Of a stretch of 64,000 bases of DNA, positions 28,459 to 44,122 are shown piece after piece. Under the pieces are notes generated by a model, which saw only the letters and a list, made by a program, of their open reading frames with translations, searched no databases and was not told where the DNA came from. The stretch's first letter is position 1, and every line of letters begins with the position of its first letter. This DNA comes from the human T2T-CHM13v2.0 reference genome, Homo sapiens: NCBI RefSeq assembly GCF_009914755.1, contig NC_060933.1, one strand, 5' to 3'. The position numbers were made by a program, and so were the translations under genes.

Positions 28459-30197
28459 TTCCACAAATTCCACTATTTAGCCTGAGAGGCAGTGCAGCAA
28501 TGGTTATGAACATGGGCCCCGCAGCCAGAAAGATCTGCGCAAACCTCCAGCTGTGTGACTGTGGGCGAGCAACTGAACCTCTCTGAGCCTGTTGTCTCAT
28601 CTGCAAAACAATCCCGGGGCATTGCGGTGAGGGTGAAGTTGGGTCACGTAGATGAGTGGTGCTGCCCAGATCATCTTTGGGAAGGACCTGCTGCCCAGCT
28701 GCAGGGCGTGGTCACCAGACAGTCTCGGCTCTCAGTTCCTTCAGGGTGGGCTGCAGAGACCCGCCTCGCCCAGGCCATGCCTGGGGTCCTGCTGGGCTGG
28801 CGGAGGGCTCCTGGGACTGCGTGTCAGTTCAGCTCCTCCGTCTGCCCAGTCCTGCCACCTCCCCTGGCAGGCATCTTCATCCATCCTCAGCACCCGCCAC
28901 CCCAGGAGCCAGCCTGCAGAGCCAAGCATGCGGCAAGCCCTCTGTCTACATCCTGTGACTACATTATTATTATGAAGCCTGCCCTAATGCACATATTAGG
29001 CTGGAAGACAAGTAGATGAATTCAAAATTGGGAAGAAGTGAAAAGCCAGAGGCAGGAGGGGCTTGGGGTATTTGCCCTCAAAACGACTGAGACCCCAACA
29101 GCCCCAGAGCCGGGTGAGCCCGAGTAATGGACATACATTGAGGGAAGAGAAAAAGCCGAGAAAAAAGCGGTTTGAACGGGGGGTGATGTCACCGGTTACA
29201 CGCGTGGTTTCTGATGGTTTAACGCGGGCCCTGGAGATATTTGCAGAACCTGCACTCAAATGCCAGCTTCTTGCTCGCGATGTCACCGCCCATCCCGGTT
29301 CACGGGGGCAGGTGACGACGTCTCACACTCCCCAGCATGCACACCCGCGTGAATCAGGGCTTGGGGGAGTGGGAACTCGGACCAGAATATCTTGGTATTT
29401 AGTAACACAGGAAAGGACACGGATGGGAAGCTGCGGCTAAATGCCTAGCGAGAGCCGCTCACGGCGGGCTGATGGGATGTTTTAAGTAAATTCCACGCAG
29501 CCATCCCATGAACCCCTTGAAACTGGCCATGGAGGAGCTCGCTTGGTGATGGTCAGGGCACACATCGGAGGCTTCTCAGGGGGCAGGAGGGTGGGGACGG
29601 GCTCTGGGCCACGTCTGGGTAGAATGCGGTCATCTGGGGGTGTCATCAACGTGGGTTTGGTGGAAATCGCCTGTGGGGAGATGACTCCAGGAAGAGCCCG
29701 GGAAGCAGCTGTGGACCTCTGGCGGGTCTGGCGGGACCTCTGGCGGGTTCTCTGCTTCTGTGTTGTGTCCTAGAAAAGCAGGGGTGATGTGGAATATATC
29801 CCACCGCTGGCTGTGGCACCGGAGCCAGCCCAGGAGCCTCCCTTCTCCAAGAGGGGCTTGGAGGGGAGCCGTGGCACCCCACAAGGACTATCCTGCTGGC
29901 TGGCTGCAGAGGAGTTGCATTCTAATTTCCATTAGAAATTGATGGGGAGTGGCCTGGGGTGGCTGGGAATGGATGGGGCTGGAGGGCAGGAGTGTGGAGA
30001 GGGCTGGAAGGAGTCATGGGGATGGAAGTGGGAGCCAGGCATTGCACTGGGTGAGGGAGGCCGGGCCGCCTGCCCCCGAGACGCCCCTCCTGACAGGCTG
30101 GCTGCGGGAGAGGCTTTTCTTGTCCGTGGTGTGCAACTTCCTCTGCAGGCCGCTGCGCTGCCGCCTGGCAGTTTTACGAACCTTGTACCTGTCTTAA

Positions 30198-30529
<332 letters not shown>

Positions 30530-30757
30530 CTGGTGTGCCTTCTGTATGCCTGTTTACCCTCTTCTGCCCCCTCAGAGCCAGCATGAGAGGGTGGCTGGTT
30601 CCTGGAGCATTAAACGCTTCAGGAGGACCCAGATGTCATCAGGTGAGGAATGTCTAACCTATGGAGGTGTTTAAAGCTGAGTCCGTGAACCTCACATATC
30701 CTCATCTCCTTTCACCGACTGTTCACATTTTCCACGTTTGTGCACCTGCCTGCTCTT

Positions 30758-30787
30758 GCTCTCTCTCGCTCTCTCTCTCTCTCTCTC
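30758..30787. repeat. (CT)n microsatellite
   Basis: gctctctctcgctctctctctctctctctc. Confidence 0.85.
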
Positions 30788-31559
30788 ACCCCTGCCCCGC
30801 TAAACCCTTGCAGGCAGGCTGAAGCCACCATAGCACTTCCCCGTCACACTTCAGCCTGTGCCTGCTGAGAACATGGTGCGCTCCTAACAGACAGTCTCCA
30901 TCATCCCGCCCCAGAAAATAGACGCCGATGCCACCATCGAATGTTCAGTCCACGTCCCAATTTCTCCAGCACCGGGACTGTACCTCAGGCTGCCCTGCCC
31001 GGCAACTCTGATTATTGGCTATTCCATTTCTCCATTCCTTCAGTCCACAAACAGTTATTGAGCACTTACTGTTTGCCACGTCCTGTTCTAGGTGCACGGT
31101 ACACAGTGAACAAGGCGGATCAGGCCCTGCTCCCTGGCCCCCCCGCCCAGGAGAAGCTGGAGTCATTCCAGAGGGTGCCAGGGTGTCAGGATGGTGATTG
31201 GAGTCAGGCCCCAGCTCATGGTTGATTTGGTGCTTGCAAGTGAGCTGGGATCTGGGTGACGAGCCGGAGCTGACCATGCGTCTTTGCATCTGAGTCCCAG
31301 GCTGTTCCCTCCCTGGCTCCCTCACTCACTGTCTGGGTAGTGGCGGTGCCCCAGGTGCCCAGTGCTGTGCCAGGAGCGAGGGATGGGGGAGTTTGTTGCG
31401 GTTACCCCAGGCTACCCTGCTGTGGGTGCAGGGCCTGTGGGGCTGACCGCTTGGCTCTCGGTGTGCAGGCCTTCAGGTGGAGCGGCTCTCAGGTGAGGAG
31501 CTGACCCAGGAACAGTCCCGGGGAGCTGATCCTCACCTGGATGAGATCCCGGACTCGGA

Positions 31560-32606
<1,047 letters not shown>

Positions 32607-33302
32607 AAGATAATAAAGTTGTGGGGTATTCTGTTCAGGTGACAGGTGAAGCATCATCCAAGGAGGGGCCTGGATTCTCAACAGTTCATCTTTTGATGAT
32701 TCAAACACACCCGCAACATCAGGGCGGGGCTGGAGGGGTTCGAGGCGGGGAACACAGTGGCAGGGAGGGAAGAGAACTCAGGGCCCGGGGTTAGAACATG
32801 AAAGCTGTTGGCTGTGACTTGATGGCTTAATCAGCCAATCAATACGCTTCCCAGGCAGAAGGAGTCGATGAAAAATGCATGAAGGGGGCTGGGGAGGCCT
32901 GGGAGGAGAAAATGAGGAAACAGCCTGCTCTGTTTGTCCAACACTGACCAAGAGATTAAATCGGCAAGGAGGACACGGGGAGCCACGGGCTGACTGAAAC
33001 TTAGCACGTAACACACGTGCACACGGCCTTTCTCTTCATGAGGCAGAAACCCGCTCATTAAACTGCTTTTCTTGACTAAAGATGGATTTGATAACCTTTA
33101 CCAGTGTTAAACACCAGCAGAAACTGAAATCATGTGGGGTGCAAGAGAGGCTGGTAGACTCGGGTGGAACCGGGGTGTTAATGATCATAGGGAAGACAGC
33201 CAGCAAGAGGCGAGTGGGAGGGGGCCCCAGCCCCGGCTGGGCCTTGGGTGTAACTGTGGTGAACACCACAGTCAAGAACAAAATCTGGCAATGAGCTGGG
33301 AC

Positions 33303-34130
<828 letters not shown>

Positions 34131-35007
34131 GGAAGCGACAGATTCTGCAACGTCCTACGGTTAAAATACATTCAGCCTGAACAAAAACGACATCTTAGGT
34201 CAAAAGAAGACATTGACTTTGAGCACAGCGCCAGGGACAGAAGGATGACAGGGAGCGTAAGTCCCCACTTGAAGGGGGAAAATGTCACGTGGCGGGATGT
34301 TAAAAGTACACGGGATTAGTCACACAAACTGTGACATTTCAGTCGTGATGTGATACATGTAAAAACAGCAAACTTCATCCAGACAGAAAACAAAAATCTA
34401 CCTGATCACATCTGAGTAAGAGGTCCCCCGGCCGCCCCTCCACCCCTGCTGCAAGGACCTTCGTGGGGTCCCTGGGCTGCACAGCTTGGGGAGGATAAGC
34501 AGAGTTCATCCTCTTTACCCCCAGTTAACAGTGAACCAGCCAGGAAACCCTGGGCTCTGAATATATACCCACTATGCGCTGAAAACCTGCCAGTGGGTAA
34601 CACACACCCCGATCAGACGCGTGCATGGACAAATAGCACTTTCCCAAGATGTAGGTGCTAACAGAGCCCGTCACAGGGGGTGTATGAGTTGGAACCAAGT
34701 TAGTTGGTGAGGGACAGAAGGCCCCAAATCACGGTGCCTTGAACCAGGCAGAGGCTTCTCTCTTCTGTCTACACCCGGGGGTGGGTGGGGAGGGCTAGCT
34801 GAGGACCCACGGTGCCTTCAGACCCCCCAGTCTGTCCTATCTGTTCTGGAAGGGTGGGCTCCACGCCCAAGACATTCCATTCCCACTTCCTGGTCCAAGA
34901 CACTGCTCCATATCCCACAGCAGGAAGAAAAGAAGGACATCCCCTCCAGGTGTAACTGTGTCTCCTTGGCGGGGCGAGACCACATGCCCATCCCTGGGCC
35001 TGCCACA

Positions 35008-35508
35008 GTGTGTATGTGGTATGTGTGTGTGCATGTGTGTGTGTGCATGTGTGTATGTGGTGTGTGTGTATGTGGTGTGTGTGTGCGTGTGTATGTGGTG
35101 TGTGTGCATTTGTGTGCATATGTGTGTGTATGCGGTGTGTGTATGTGGTGTGTGTGTGCGTGTATGTGGTGTGTGTGCATGTGTGTGCGTATGTGGTGTG
35201 TGTGTGCGTGTATGTGGTGTGTGTGCATGTGTGTGCGTATGTGGTGTGTGTGTGCATATGTATGTGTGAGCATGTGTGTGTGCATATGTGTGTATGCGGT
35301 GTGTGTGCATGTGTGTATGCGGTGTGCGCGTGTGTGTATGCGGTGTGTGTGTGCATGTGTGTGGTGTGTGCATGTGTGTGTGTATGTGGTATGTGTGTGC
35401 ATATGTGTGTGTGTATGTGGTGTGTGTGTGCATATGTGTATGTGGTGTGTGTGTGCATGTGTGTGTATGTGGTGTGCATGTGTGTGTGTGCGCGTGTGTG
35501 TGTGTGTG
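35008..35508. repeat. ~500-bp complex (TG)-rich microsatellite
   Basis: Interleaved gtgtgt/gtatgtgg/gcatgt units. Confidence 0.97.
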
Positions 35509-35679
35509 GGTGGCTCTGACGCTAAGACTGGCCTGGATCTCCTTACCCTGGGGTGCAGTGGGGAGGGGTAGTTTGATTCGAGCCAATCTAATCAAAGGAT
35601 GTGAACTGATGGGACGCTGAGGACGGGTTCCCTCAAAGCAAAGTGAGACCCTGCATCTCTGGCGTGAGCTCAGCAGCCT

Positions 35680-36180
35680 TCAGTGGCCCCCATGGTGGTC
35701 CCCAGGGTGTCCGGTAGGTGTCTGCTACGCCCCGGAACCTGGGAGTATATTAGGTTACACGGCAAGAGGGAAGGCAGGCTGCCGCTGGAGATGCGGATGG
35801 ATGCCAATCCGCGGAGTTTTGAGTAGGGAACATAGCCTGGATTATGCAGGTGGGACTGGTGTCGTCCCCACCATCCTTAAAGGGGTAAGAGGGAGACAGA
35901 AGGGGAGTCAGAGTGACGGCTGTGAGGCCTCGACCCACGCCTGCTGGCTTTGTGGGAGGGAGCGGCCGTGATCATGAACCAAGAAATGAGGGTGGCCTCT
36001 AGAAGCTGGGAAAGGCGAGGAAATGGAGTCCCCCGCAGCGCCTCCAGAGGGGAGCACGGCCCTGCTGTCCCTGGTGTCAGCTGTGAGACCTGCCGCAGAC
36101 TTCCAGCCTCTGGGACTCTGGAATACGTTTGTCTGCGTGAACCACGCAGCTGTGGTCAATTATTACAGCAGCCACGGGGA
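35680..36180 (+). mobile_element. MLT1D-like LTR (MaLR)
   Basis: ggaacctg...aggttacacggcaa...ggcctctagaagctgggaaaggcgaggaaatgga...ttattacagcagcca. Confidence 0.8.
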
Positions 36181-36289
36181 AGGAACGCACTGCCCGTGGG
36201 CGACGGGGAAGGAACGCACTGCCCGTGGGCGACGGGGAAGGAACGCACTGCCCGTGGGTGACGGGGAAGGAACGCACTGCCCGTGGGCG
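36174..36289. repeat. 29-bp minisatellite x4
   Basis: acggggaaggaacgcactgcccgtgggYg, only one mismatch among the 4 copies. Confidence 0.95.
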
Positions 36290-36469
36290 GCGCTCATGGC
36301 ACCGAAACCTCACTGCCCACGGGGAGGGCCCAGCGCCTCCCACCCCGCCTGCCACACATGGAGCCACGTCTAGGTCCCCAAAGGGCCGGCTGTGCGACAG
36401 CTCCAGCTTCTGTCCTCTGCTCTTTTTGCCTGGGACACGGGTCTGTCCTTTGAGAGTAAATGCCTTTTT

Positions 36470-36771
36470 TAAATTTTCTTTTTCTGAGACAGGGTCTCAC
36501 TCTGTCGCCCAGACTGGAGTGCAGTGGCGCGATCTTGGCTCACCACAATCTCCACCTCCCAGGCTCAAGCAACTGATTCTCCTGCCTCAGCCTCCTGAGT
36601 AGCTGGGATTACAGGCGCCTGCCACCACACCCGGCTAATTTTTGTATTTTTAGTAGAGACAGGGTTTTGCCATGTTGGCCGGACTGATCTTGAACTCCTG
36701 ACCTCAAATGATCCACCTGCCTTGACCTCCCAAAATGCTGGGATTACAGGAGTGAGCCACCACACTCGGCC
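36470..36771 (-). mobile_element. Alu (AluS-like)
   Basis: Dimeric Alu. Confidence 0.95.
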
Positions 36772-36821
36772 GACTAAACACCTTTCTAGACACCATTGCT
36801 GCTGCGCAGAGCTGACTGCTC

Positions 36822-36913
36822 GGAGCGCCTGGTCCAGGCAAGCCCAGCGTCTCTCACCGGAGCGGCCGGAGCGCCCAGTCCAGGCAAGCCCAGCATCTCT
36901 CGCCAGGGCGGCC
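36822..36913. repeat. 46-bp diverged tandem duplication, CpG-rich
   Basis: ggagcgcc..gtccaggcaagcccagcRtctctc......gcggcc x2. Confidence 0.85.
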
Positions 36914-37894
36914 GTGGTTCGATCGTGCGTCTGCTGCAGCTCCTCATCCGAGAGGGCATGGTGCTGGGCCCAGTGTACAGAAAGGGGTTGTGGGAACCTC
37001 CCAATTTCTGGTGAGAGAGGCCTATTGTACAACAACATCAGCCTGGTCACCGCTGAGGACCAGCAGGATGAGTGTGTATAAAGTGCATGGAGGATGTGTT
37101 GGAATTTAAACTCTGGGTTCACCAGCCTTTGCTACCACAGCATAGTAAACGTTGCTGAAAAGTTTCTAAGTATCACTAGCAAGCCTCTGTGAAATCCCGG
37201 TGGGAAGCCCTGTTTCTCTGCTACCTTCTGCTCCTAGGAGAGGCCGTGAAGCCAAGGCACAAGGATCCAGGCTTGTAGAGCCCATCAGACTTGAGTTCAA
37301 ATCCTGACTCTGCCTAGAACCTCCCTGAGCTGCAGTCTCCTAGGTGATGAAATGGGGAAGCTGCCACGAGGCAGGCTGAGGGTCACACGTTCATCCCCTT
37401 ACAGGGTGCCCAGGCCTAGTGTGCGCCTGTCTGCAGCCAGGACGTAGCCAGCTGCCAACACGAAGTTGCCACTCAATGAATTGGCGTCTCTTGCTGGTAC
37501 AGGCTCACAATTGCCCCTTTTTCTATGGCCCCAGAGTTTTTGAAAAATTTTAGAACTACCTGTCTGCTTCCTAATGAGATCCCTACTCTTTTATGCTCAG
37601 AAGTTTTCTTGAACTTTGCTGGTTTGCAAACTAATGGAATGAAACAGAAAGGAGAGCAAATTAATTATGGCCTTTTGGCGATCATTAATTTGACCAACTA
37701 CCCTTTGGAAAGGAAAGGCCAGTGCCTATTAGCTTTAGGGGCATCGCGTGCAAAGTCGAATATCAAAAAGCCACGGCAAAAAAGGGACTGCGTTCTAATC
37801 AAGGCAGGAAGATGCAATGTGTTCACAGAAATGCAGAGAGGCCCAGGAAAACGGGGCAGTGCCCATGATTCTACCACAGTCTCAGACACTTGCA

Positions 37895-37999
37895 CTTTTT
37901 TCTTTTTTTTGAGACTGGATCTTGCCCTGACATCCAGGCTGGAGTGCAGTGGTGCGATCTCAGCTTGCTGCATGCAACCTCTACCTCCTGGGTTCAAGT
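37895..37999 (-). mobile_element. Alu fragment
   Basis: 3' part of the right arm. Confidence 0.85.
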
Positions 38000-38129
38000 G
38001 AGACCCTTGCACTTTCTAAGTGGCATTGTAAGGCCCTGTGCTGAGGACAGGTCGCGACCCACAGCTGAAGATGTCTCATGTCTGCAGAGAGGAAGCCCTC
38101 GTGGGATTCCCATACACCTCCTGGACTCC

Positions 38130-38505
<376 letters not shown>

Positions 38506-39855
38506 TGAGAAGTGTCCCTGTTCCACGGAAGATGGAGCGGGTCCCACGTGAATGAGCACCTCCCTACAGCATCCACACTTTCGCCTGCGCACACAAGGTG
38601 GGCTTCGCTCTCTGATCTTCTGCTCGTCTGACACGTGAACTGCAACCCTGGCACCTAGCACCTGTACACAGGGGCCGTGCAATACACATTTGGTGTTCAG
38701 GACTTCCACACCCAAGGGCTAGACTCACTGGCCAAATTGACAGATGTAGAATCCATGCTTAGAAGGGTCAAGTTACTGGCCCAAGGCCACCAATTTAGGA
38801 GCATACCAGAAACCTGAGCCTGGCATTCTCACTCCATTCCAGTCGGCAGATATTTATTGAGCACCTGCTGTGTGTGAGGGCCTAGAGCAGCATGCAAGAC
38901 AGATGCTGCCCCTGCCCTGCAGAAGCTGACACTTGGGGAGACAGATGATAAGAGAGTTACCAGCAGTGTGCGGGGAGATCAGAAGGACGGGGCAGAGTTG
39001 GGGGAGGAAGGGACAGGGCGTGCACACTTTTATCCTGAGTGGTCAGGGACGGCCCGGTTAGTAAGCTCACTTCCTGGAGGAAGTCAGAGAGTGAGCCACG
39101 TGGCTTTCTGGAGGAAGAATGTTCCAGGTGGAGAAAGCAGCCCAGAGGCCAAGAGGTTGAACATGTGGGGAAGGGCCGGGCGATCTGCTGACCCAGTGGC
39201 TTCTTGCACCCGACCATCGAGGTGCCCTCTCCTGCCCTTCCCAGGGCAGATCCAACCGCAGCAGCTGCCCATGACAGGGATGGAGAAGCATCCCTGGCAC
39301 CCTTCATTCTCAGCTGAGGCTCCTCCTCTAAGCACCATGACCTGGGCCTGGGGCCGGGCTGTGGAAACCAACCTGCTGCCGCCAATGTTTTCTTTCACTC
39401 ACCTGTGTGGTTGCAGAGTCAATTTCATCTTGACACTGTAGGTCAAGTGTTACCCTGAGACGGGTTTGGGGACGTGAAACGTTGACTGAGGGGGGTTTGG
39501 TTCTGGCCTTCATGCTGTCATGCCCCTGCTGGGTGAGCCAAGCATGTTTCCAGGCCTTGGACATGGATGCCGTCAAATGCACGGATGAACTAGAAGGTAT
39601 CCATAGTCCCTGCTGAGTGCGTGGGGTGGCGGGGAGGAGAGAGCGACCACGTTCTTCCAGTAGAACACCACTCACCACTCACTGAACCCAACATGCTACA
39701 CCTGACATCAAGGCATGAGCCATAAAAGGGAAAATGGGTAAACTGGACCTTGTCAGAACCGAACACATCTCCTCTGTGAGGAGGAGGAAAAGGCAAGCCA
39801 AGGACTGGAAGAAAATACTTGCAAATCACAAAACTGACAAAGGACTTGTATCTCA

Positions 39856-40324
<469 letters not shown>

Positions 40325-40963
40325 TCACTACATACCTATCAGAATGGTTAACGGAAGAAATATTGACAACGCCAAACGCTGGTGATACTGCAGAGAAACT
40401 GGATCACTCACACTGCTGGCAGGAATGGAAATGACTGCAGCCACTCTGGAAAATAGTTTGTTCCTTAAAACTAAAAATGGACTTACCATACGACCCAGCA
40501 ACAAGATTCAAAGGCTTATATATAAAGGCACAGAAATGAAACTGATTTTCATGCAGTAACTTGTACGTGAATGCTCAGAGCAGCTTTGTTTGTAATAGCC
40601 CCAAGCTGGAAACTACCCAAATGTCCTCCAATGGATAAGTAGTTAAACAAAGTGTGGTACATGTACAGCATGGCACACTACTCAGCCATGAAAAGGAATG
40701 GACTGTACATACTGGTAGGTGGAACAACTTGAATGACTCTCAAGGAAATGATGGTAAGTAAAAAAAGCCAATCTCAGAAGGACACATACTGTGTGAGTCC
40801 ATGTATATAACACTGGTGAACTGAAATACTTACAGAGATGGTGAACTGAAATACTTACAGAGATGGTGAACAGATGGGTGGCTGCCAGCGGTTAGGCGAG
40901 GGAAGAGGAGGTGTGTGTGGCTAGAGAGGGGTAGGATGGGGAGTCATAAGGATGGTACCGTTA

Positions 40964-41266
<303 letters not shown>

Positions 41267-41719
41267 TCACACATACACACGAGTGCATGTCTAGCTGGTA
41301 AAACTGGAATAACCTCTGCTTCACCCTGATGTCAGTCCCCTGGTTTTGATACTGTACTTTAGTTATGCAAGATGTTAATATCGGAGGAAGCTGGATGAGG
41401 GGTACATGGAGCCTCCCTATATGTTTCTTTGCAACTTCCTGTGAATCTATAATTATTTCAAAATAAAAAGTGAAAAAAATCCAACAGGAGATTAATTGGG
41501 TAAGTATGGTATGCATTATGGTATGCAACCAAATAGAGGAATACCCTTGTAACATAAAACCCAAGGATGGACACAACAAAGAAATAAACAAGCTGCTAAG
41601 GACAGCACCACTGATACACACTCCCGGAGACTGGAAGAGGCTCAGCACATGTTGTGTGGTGGAGGCTGCTGTTCATCCATCAGAAAGGGGTCTCCCCTCG
41701 GCCAGAGTGAGGGTCGCAG

Positions 41720-42070
41720 ATGGCTCCATGGCTGCCCAGTTAGAGACTGCATTTCCCAGCAGCCCTGGCAGCTGGGTATGCTGTGTGACGAAGTTTCTGC
41801 TAATGAAATTCAAGAGGAACTGACGTGGGCCAGTGCTGGGTCTGGGACTTAAAACACTGGCACGTGCTCCTCACGTGCCTTCCCCTTTCTGCAGACTTGG
41901 AAGGTGCCTGTGACAATGTCCTAAGATGGGAGAGCAGGATTCCCAAATGACTGCGTGGAGCACAGCTGTCCACTCCCTGGTGGGGTTCTTAAGTGGAGGA
42001 GAAACGTGTCTGCTGTCTTTAAGCCACTGCATTTTTGGACCTCTGTGCTATAGAACCTTAGCCTTTGCTA
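41720..42070 (+). mobile_element. MLT1J-like LTR
   Basis: gactgcatttcccagc...aatgactgcgtggagca...ctttaagccactgcattttt. Confidence 0.6.
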
Positions 42071-42120
42071 AAATGGGAAAAAGGTTTCAAAATAGTACAC
42101 AGTCTGATCTCATCTTTCTG

Positions 42121-42161
42121 CAAAAACAACAACAACAAACCACAACAACAACAACAACAAC
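42121..42161. repeat. (CAA)n microsatellite, interrupted
   Basis: caaaaacaacaacaacaaaccacaacaacaacaacaacaac. Confidence 0.9.
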
Positions 42162-43489
42162 ACGTCCATAGGAGGGTCTGGAAAGGTGAGCACCAAAGTG
42201 CTCCAGTGATGAGCTCCTGCTGGTGGGAATCATGGGTATTATTTCCTTTGCTTCGCTTATTCACATTACCTCATTTCCTACAAAAGGAACATATGGATTC
42301 CTTTTGTAATTAAGAAAGCAAGCCTATGATGCCGATGAGAGCCAAGGCTGAGATGAGTAACGCATTAAGTAACAGTCCATCCCACCCGAGTGCAGGGTGT
42401 GAGCACGGCGGGTGCTGACGATCGCTTGCTGCCGTCCCGGGCTGGCTCTCCAGCTTGTGGCCTCAGTTTCCTCTCCCTGTCCCCCTGGCCTCAGCCCCTC
42501 CCTTGTCCCTTCTTCCCTGGAGGCATAGGTCATTGTCTCTATCAAGCCCGAGAGGAGCACGCTGCAGATGAAGCCGCTGCCAGCAGGACCTGCCTGTTCC
42601 CTTAGCGCCAAACTGCGGCTCACACCGAGGACAGTCAATCTGCAGCTGAAATTTCAAACTCAATTAGCACCGAGACAGGCTGGAGCTGCTCCTGAGTAAC
42701 TAATCATCGCACAGCTGCCAAGTGCTCTACCTGGGATGTGCTGTGAACCTCAAGGTTTAGCTCTTCAAGTACTAATAACAGGGCACAGGCAGCCTGCAAT
42801 TTAAAATTCAACTTGAAAGTGAGTTTCTGAAGTTCCTTTCCCCGGATGTAAGGACCCGGCTGGGAAGGAGAGTGGGGGAGGGATGGCAGAGACTGGGGAA
42901 AGAGGCCGCCTGCGTGTCCTAGAGAGTGAAGCCTAATTATCCGCTGCCTCTTGTCCACAATCTTGGACGTGCAGATCATTCGGCCTTGAGTGGACTCAGC
43001 AGGTGAGCAGGTGGAATGGGGCTGGCCCACCCTGTCCCATCAGGCCCGGAACCATGAGGCTCCCCATCATCTTCCACATGCTGCTGGAGATGTGGAGGCT
43101 GGGGGCACAGATGAGAAGGGCACCTTGTCCTTTTCTGTCTTCTACCCACAGACCTGATGGCCGAACAGTGCCTCCCGTCAGGTTTGCAGGGGCTCCAGAT
43201 CTTGTGAGAATCCTGGTGTCGTCCCTGCCCCTCCCAATTCCAGTGCCCTTAAAAGGCTCTCGATGTAGCAGCAGGCCCACACTCTGACACCCTAAATGCA
43301 ATGGTGAGTTTGCACATTAACACGGAAAGATCAGCCTTTCATGCAGTCAGTGGTGGGAAGTGGAAAAACATCACTCTGTACCAAAAGGCCAATTCCCAAT
43401 TTAGTTCAGAAAAAAAAAATCTGGACCACCTTTCATAGACCTCCTCGCTCCATTCTGTCAGTTCCTACTGGGCACCCGGGGGATTCACC

Positions 43490-43641
43490 GTAACCCGGCC
43501 AGCAGACAGTGTGGGGTAATGGCGTCCCGGCCTCTGGTGGCCACGGGAAGCATTGGCAAGACGGGGTAACCCGGCCAGCAGACAGCGTGGGGTAACGGCG
43601 TCCCGGCCTCTGGTGGCCATGGGAAGCATTGACAAGACAGA
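43490..43641. repeat. 76-bp tandem duplication containing a CTCF-like motif
   Basis: gtaacccggccagcagacagYgtggggtaaYggcgtcccggcctctggtggccaYgggaagcattgRcaagac x2. Confidence 0.92.
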
Positions 43642-43996
43642 GGGGTCAAGTTCTGGCTGAGGGTTCTGGCTTAGGCCACGTTCGATGCGGCACACTCGGG
43701 CACGGCAGGGCCAGTCCCTTGCTGCTGAGGAGCCCCAGAGCTCGGCCGTGGCCAGCCTGGCAGCCAGCCCCTCCGTGTGCTGCTGTGTGAACCCCTCTGC
43801 TTGGCTTCTCATCTATAAAACAGGGAAAACACCACACCCCCCCCCACCCCACTCCGGGGATTACATTAGCCGACAGCGTAGGGGGCCTGGCAAGCAGAGG
43901 GGCTGCACTGCAGGAGCCCTAATTAAGTCCCATAAAATACCTTGTAGGTCGGGCCTAGAGGTCCCTCTTGGATAGTCTATTTCTAATTGAAAAAAA

Positions 43997-44122
43997 TTCT
44001 TTTGTAGAGATGGGGTCTTGCTATGTTGCCCAGGCTGGTCCTGAACTCCTGGATTCAAGCCATTTTCCCACCTCAGCCTCCCAGAGTGCTGGGGTTATCG
44101 GTGTGAGCCACTGCACCTGGCC
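43997..44122 (-). mobile_element. Alu left monomer
   Basis: Single arm. Confidence 0.85.

Noticed and set aside
34769-35620. Long ORFs (up to 252 aa) rich in H/T or V/C
   Set aside because: They are translations of the (TG)n/(CA)n microsatellite, which lacks stop codons; not genes.
36174-36289. CRISPR-like 29-bp palindromic repeats
   Set aside because: The units are head-to-tail with no unique spacers, there are no cas genes, and the DNA is primate.
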